This document shows, in pieces, positions 62,769-64,000 of a stretch of 64,000 nt of DNA. Source of the stretch: Phoronis australis (lineage: Eukaryota > Animalia > Phoronida); NCBI GenBank assembly GCA_002633005.1, contig NMRA01000522.1, forward strand, positions 180,331 to 244,330, in the 5' to 3' direction. The position numbers and the translations under genes were made by a program. The notes beneath the pieces are model-generated. The model was given only the letters and a program-made list of their open reading frames with translations. It searched no databases and was not told the DNA's origin. Position 1 is the stretch's first letter. Each line of letters begins with the position of its first letter.

Positions 62769-63459
62769 CTGAAACAAGAAACAAGAAATAACAGATGGAA
62801 TAGAAATTTATGTGACAAAAATTTTGTGAACATTCATGAAAGAACTTATTAGATGTAGAGACTAATTCAAAGAAAACTAAGACTGCCAATAGGGGATGTC
62901 ACAGTAGTGACTGATTTGTCCCAAAATCCTTGTCAGTTGTACACTCTTCAATAAAGAACACATACCACATGAAGATCCATCAAGGAACTTGGTAGATGTT
63001 GGGACACAAGAGTAAAATTTAAAGTGTAAGTAGGGGTGCCACAGTTTTCAGACTGTTTAAAAATTGTCACCAGACGTGCTCTGTTCAATAGTCAATTTTC
63101 AGATAATGATATTCGTAGTGGTTAGGCCAAATGAAAAGAGGATGCCAAAAGCAGAATCCATACTAAAAATGTTCACTTTTAGAATACATCAAATCTGTCC
63201 AAAAACGTTAAGGCATCATTATGAACTCCTTGACAGCCAAACTTCATGAAAATCTGTCAAGGAAGTGTGAAGACATGATGGAGGAAAATGTAAACATTTA
63301 AACTAAAATTGTCTCTGCAGGACATAGCGGTAATGGGGTCCATACAGGTCACTATCCATTGTTACCTTCATATAAATACAGTTGGTGTATTTCTCAAAAA
63401 AAAAACGGCAAAGGGTTAAAGAGAAGCAGCTGCGGATGTATAAAATAGTGCCATTGAGG

Positions 63460-64000
63460 AGGCCAGAGCAGTTGGAGATGTCAGACAATGAACATCAGTC
63501 ATAGTACTACAGAGAAGGCCAGAGCAGTCATAGTACCACCGAGGAGGCCAGAGCAGTCTGAGATGTCAGACAATGAACATCAGTCATAATACCACTAAGG
63601 GTGCCAGAGCAGTCTGAGATGTCCGACAATGAACATCAGTACCACTAAGGGTGCCAGAGCAGTCTGAGATGTCAGACAATGAACATCAGTCATAATACCA
63701 CTAAGGGAGCCAGAGCAGTCGGAGATGTCCGACAATGAACATCAGTTATAGTACCACTAAGGGTGCCAGAGCAGTCTGAGATGTCAGACAATGAACATCA
63801 GTCATAATACCACTAAGGGTGCCAGAGCAGTCGGAGATGTCCGACAATGAACATCAGTTATAGTACCACTAAGGGTGCCAGAGCAGTCTGAGATGTCAGA
63901 CAATGAACATCAGTCATAATACCACTAAGGGTGCCAGAGCAGTCGGAGATGTCCGACAATGAACATCAGTCATAGTACCACTAAGGGTGCCAGAGCAGTC
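63460..64000. repeat. 56-bp minisatellite with alternating variants, running off the window end
   Basis: gccagagcagtc recurs at 63709, 63765, 63821, 63877, 63933 and 63989. The variants tctgag..tcag and tcggag..tccg alternate. Confidence 0.95.

Noticed and set aside
63460-64000. CRISPR-like array
   Set aside because: Head-to-tail repeats without unique spacers, no cas genes, eukaryotic intron.
1-64000. tRNA, rRNA or prokaryotic/phage systems
   Set aside because: No such structures recognised. Spliceosomal exon-intron structure and eukaryotic TEs explain the window, and most listed short ORFs are chance.

Overview
AT-rich eukaryotic genomic DNA, probably from a bilaterian invertebrate (draft assembly: 130-N gap at 34392-34521, single Ns at 44804 and 46048). 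I read two intron-containing genes on the minus strand, mostly invisible to the ORF track. (1) A MAD2L1/Mad2 spindle-checkpoint gene: coding exons 2-5 splice in frame across 4325-42167, with introns of 8.6, 21.3 and 7.4 kb; I could not find coding exon 1. (2) The 3' part of a type I membrane protein: at least six alternating ephrin-receptor-like/GCC2-GCC3 Cys-rich exons, two EGF exons, a TM exon and an NPxY-bearing tail with several possible C-termini. The MAD2 introns are packed with nested non-autonomous DNA transposons (piggyBac-, Kolobok-, ISL2EU-, pogo-, hAT- and Helentron/HINE-like). Most notable: a HINE-like element whose tandem core carries a CTCF-consensus motif every ~140 bp; two inverted Kolobok-like copies that enclose MAD2 exon 4; a triplicated splice donor; and a dual-frame exon that is also frame-compatible with MAD2 exon 2. 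All alignments and translations were done by eye, and TE superfamily calls rest on terminal signatures and remnant motifs.
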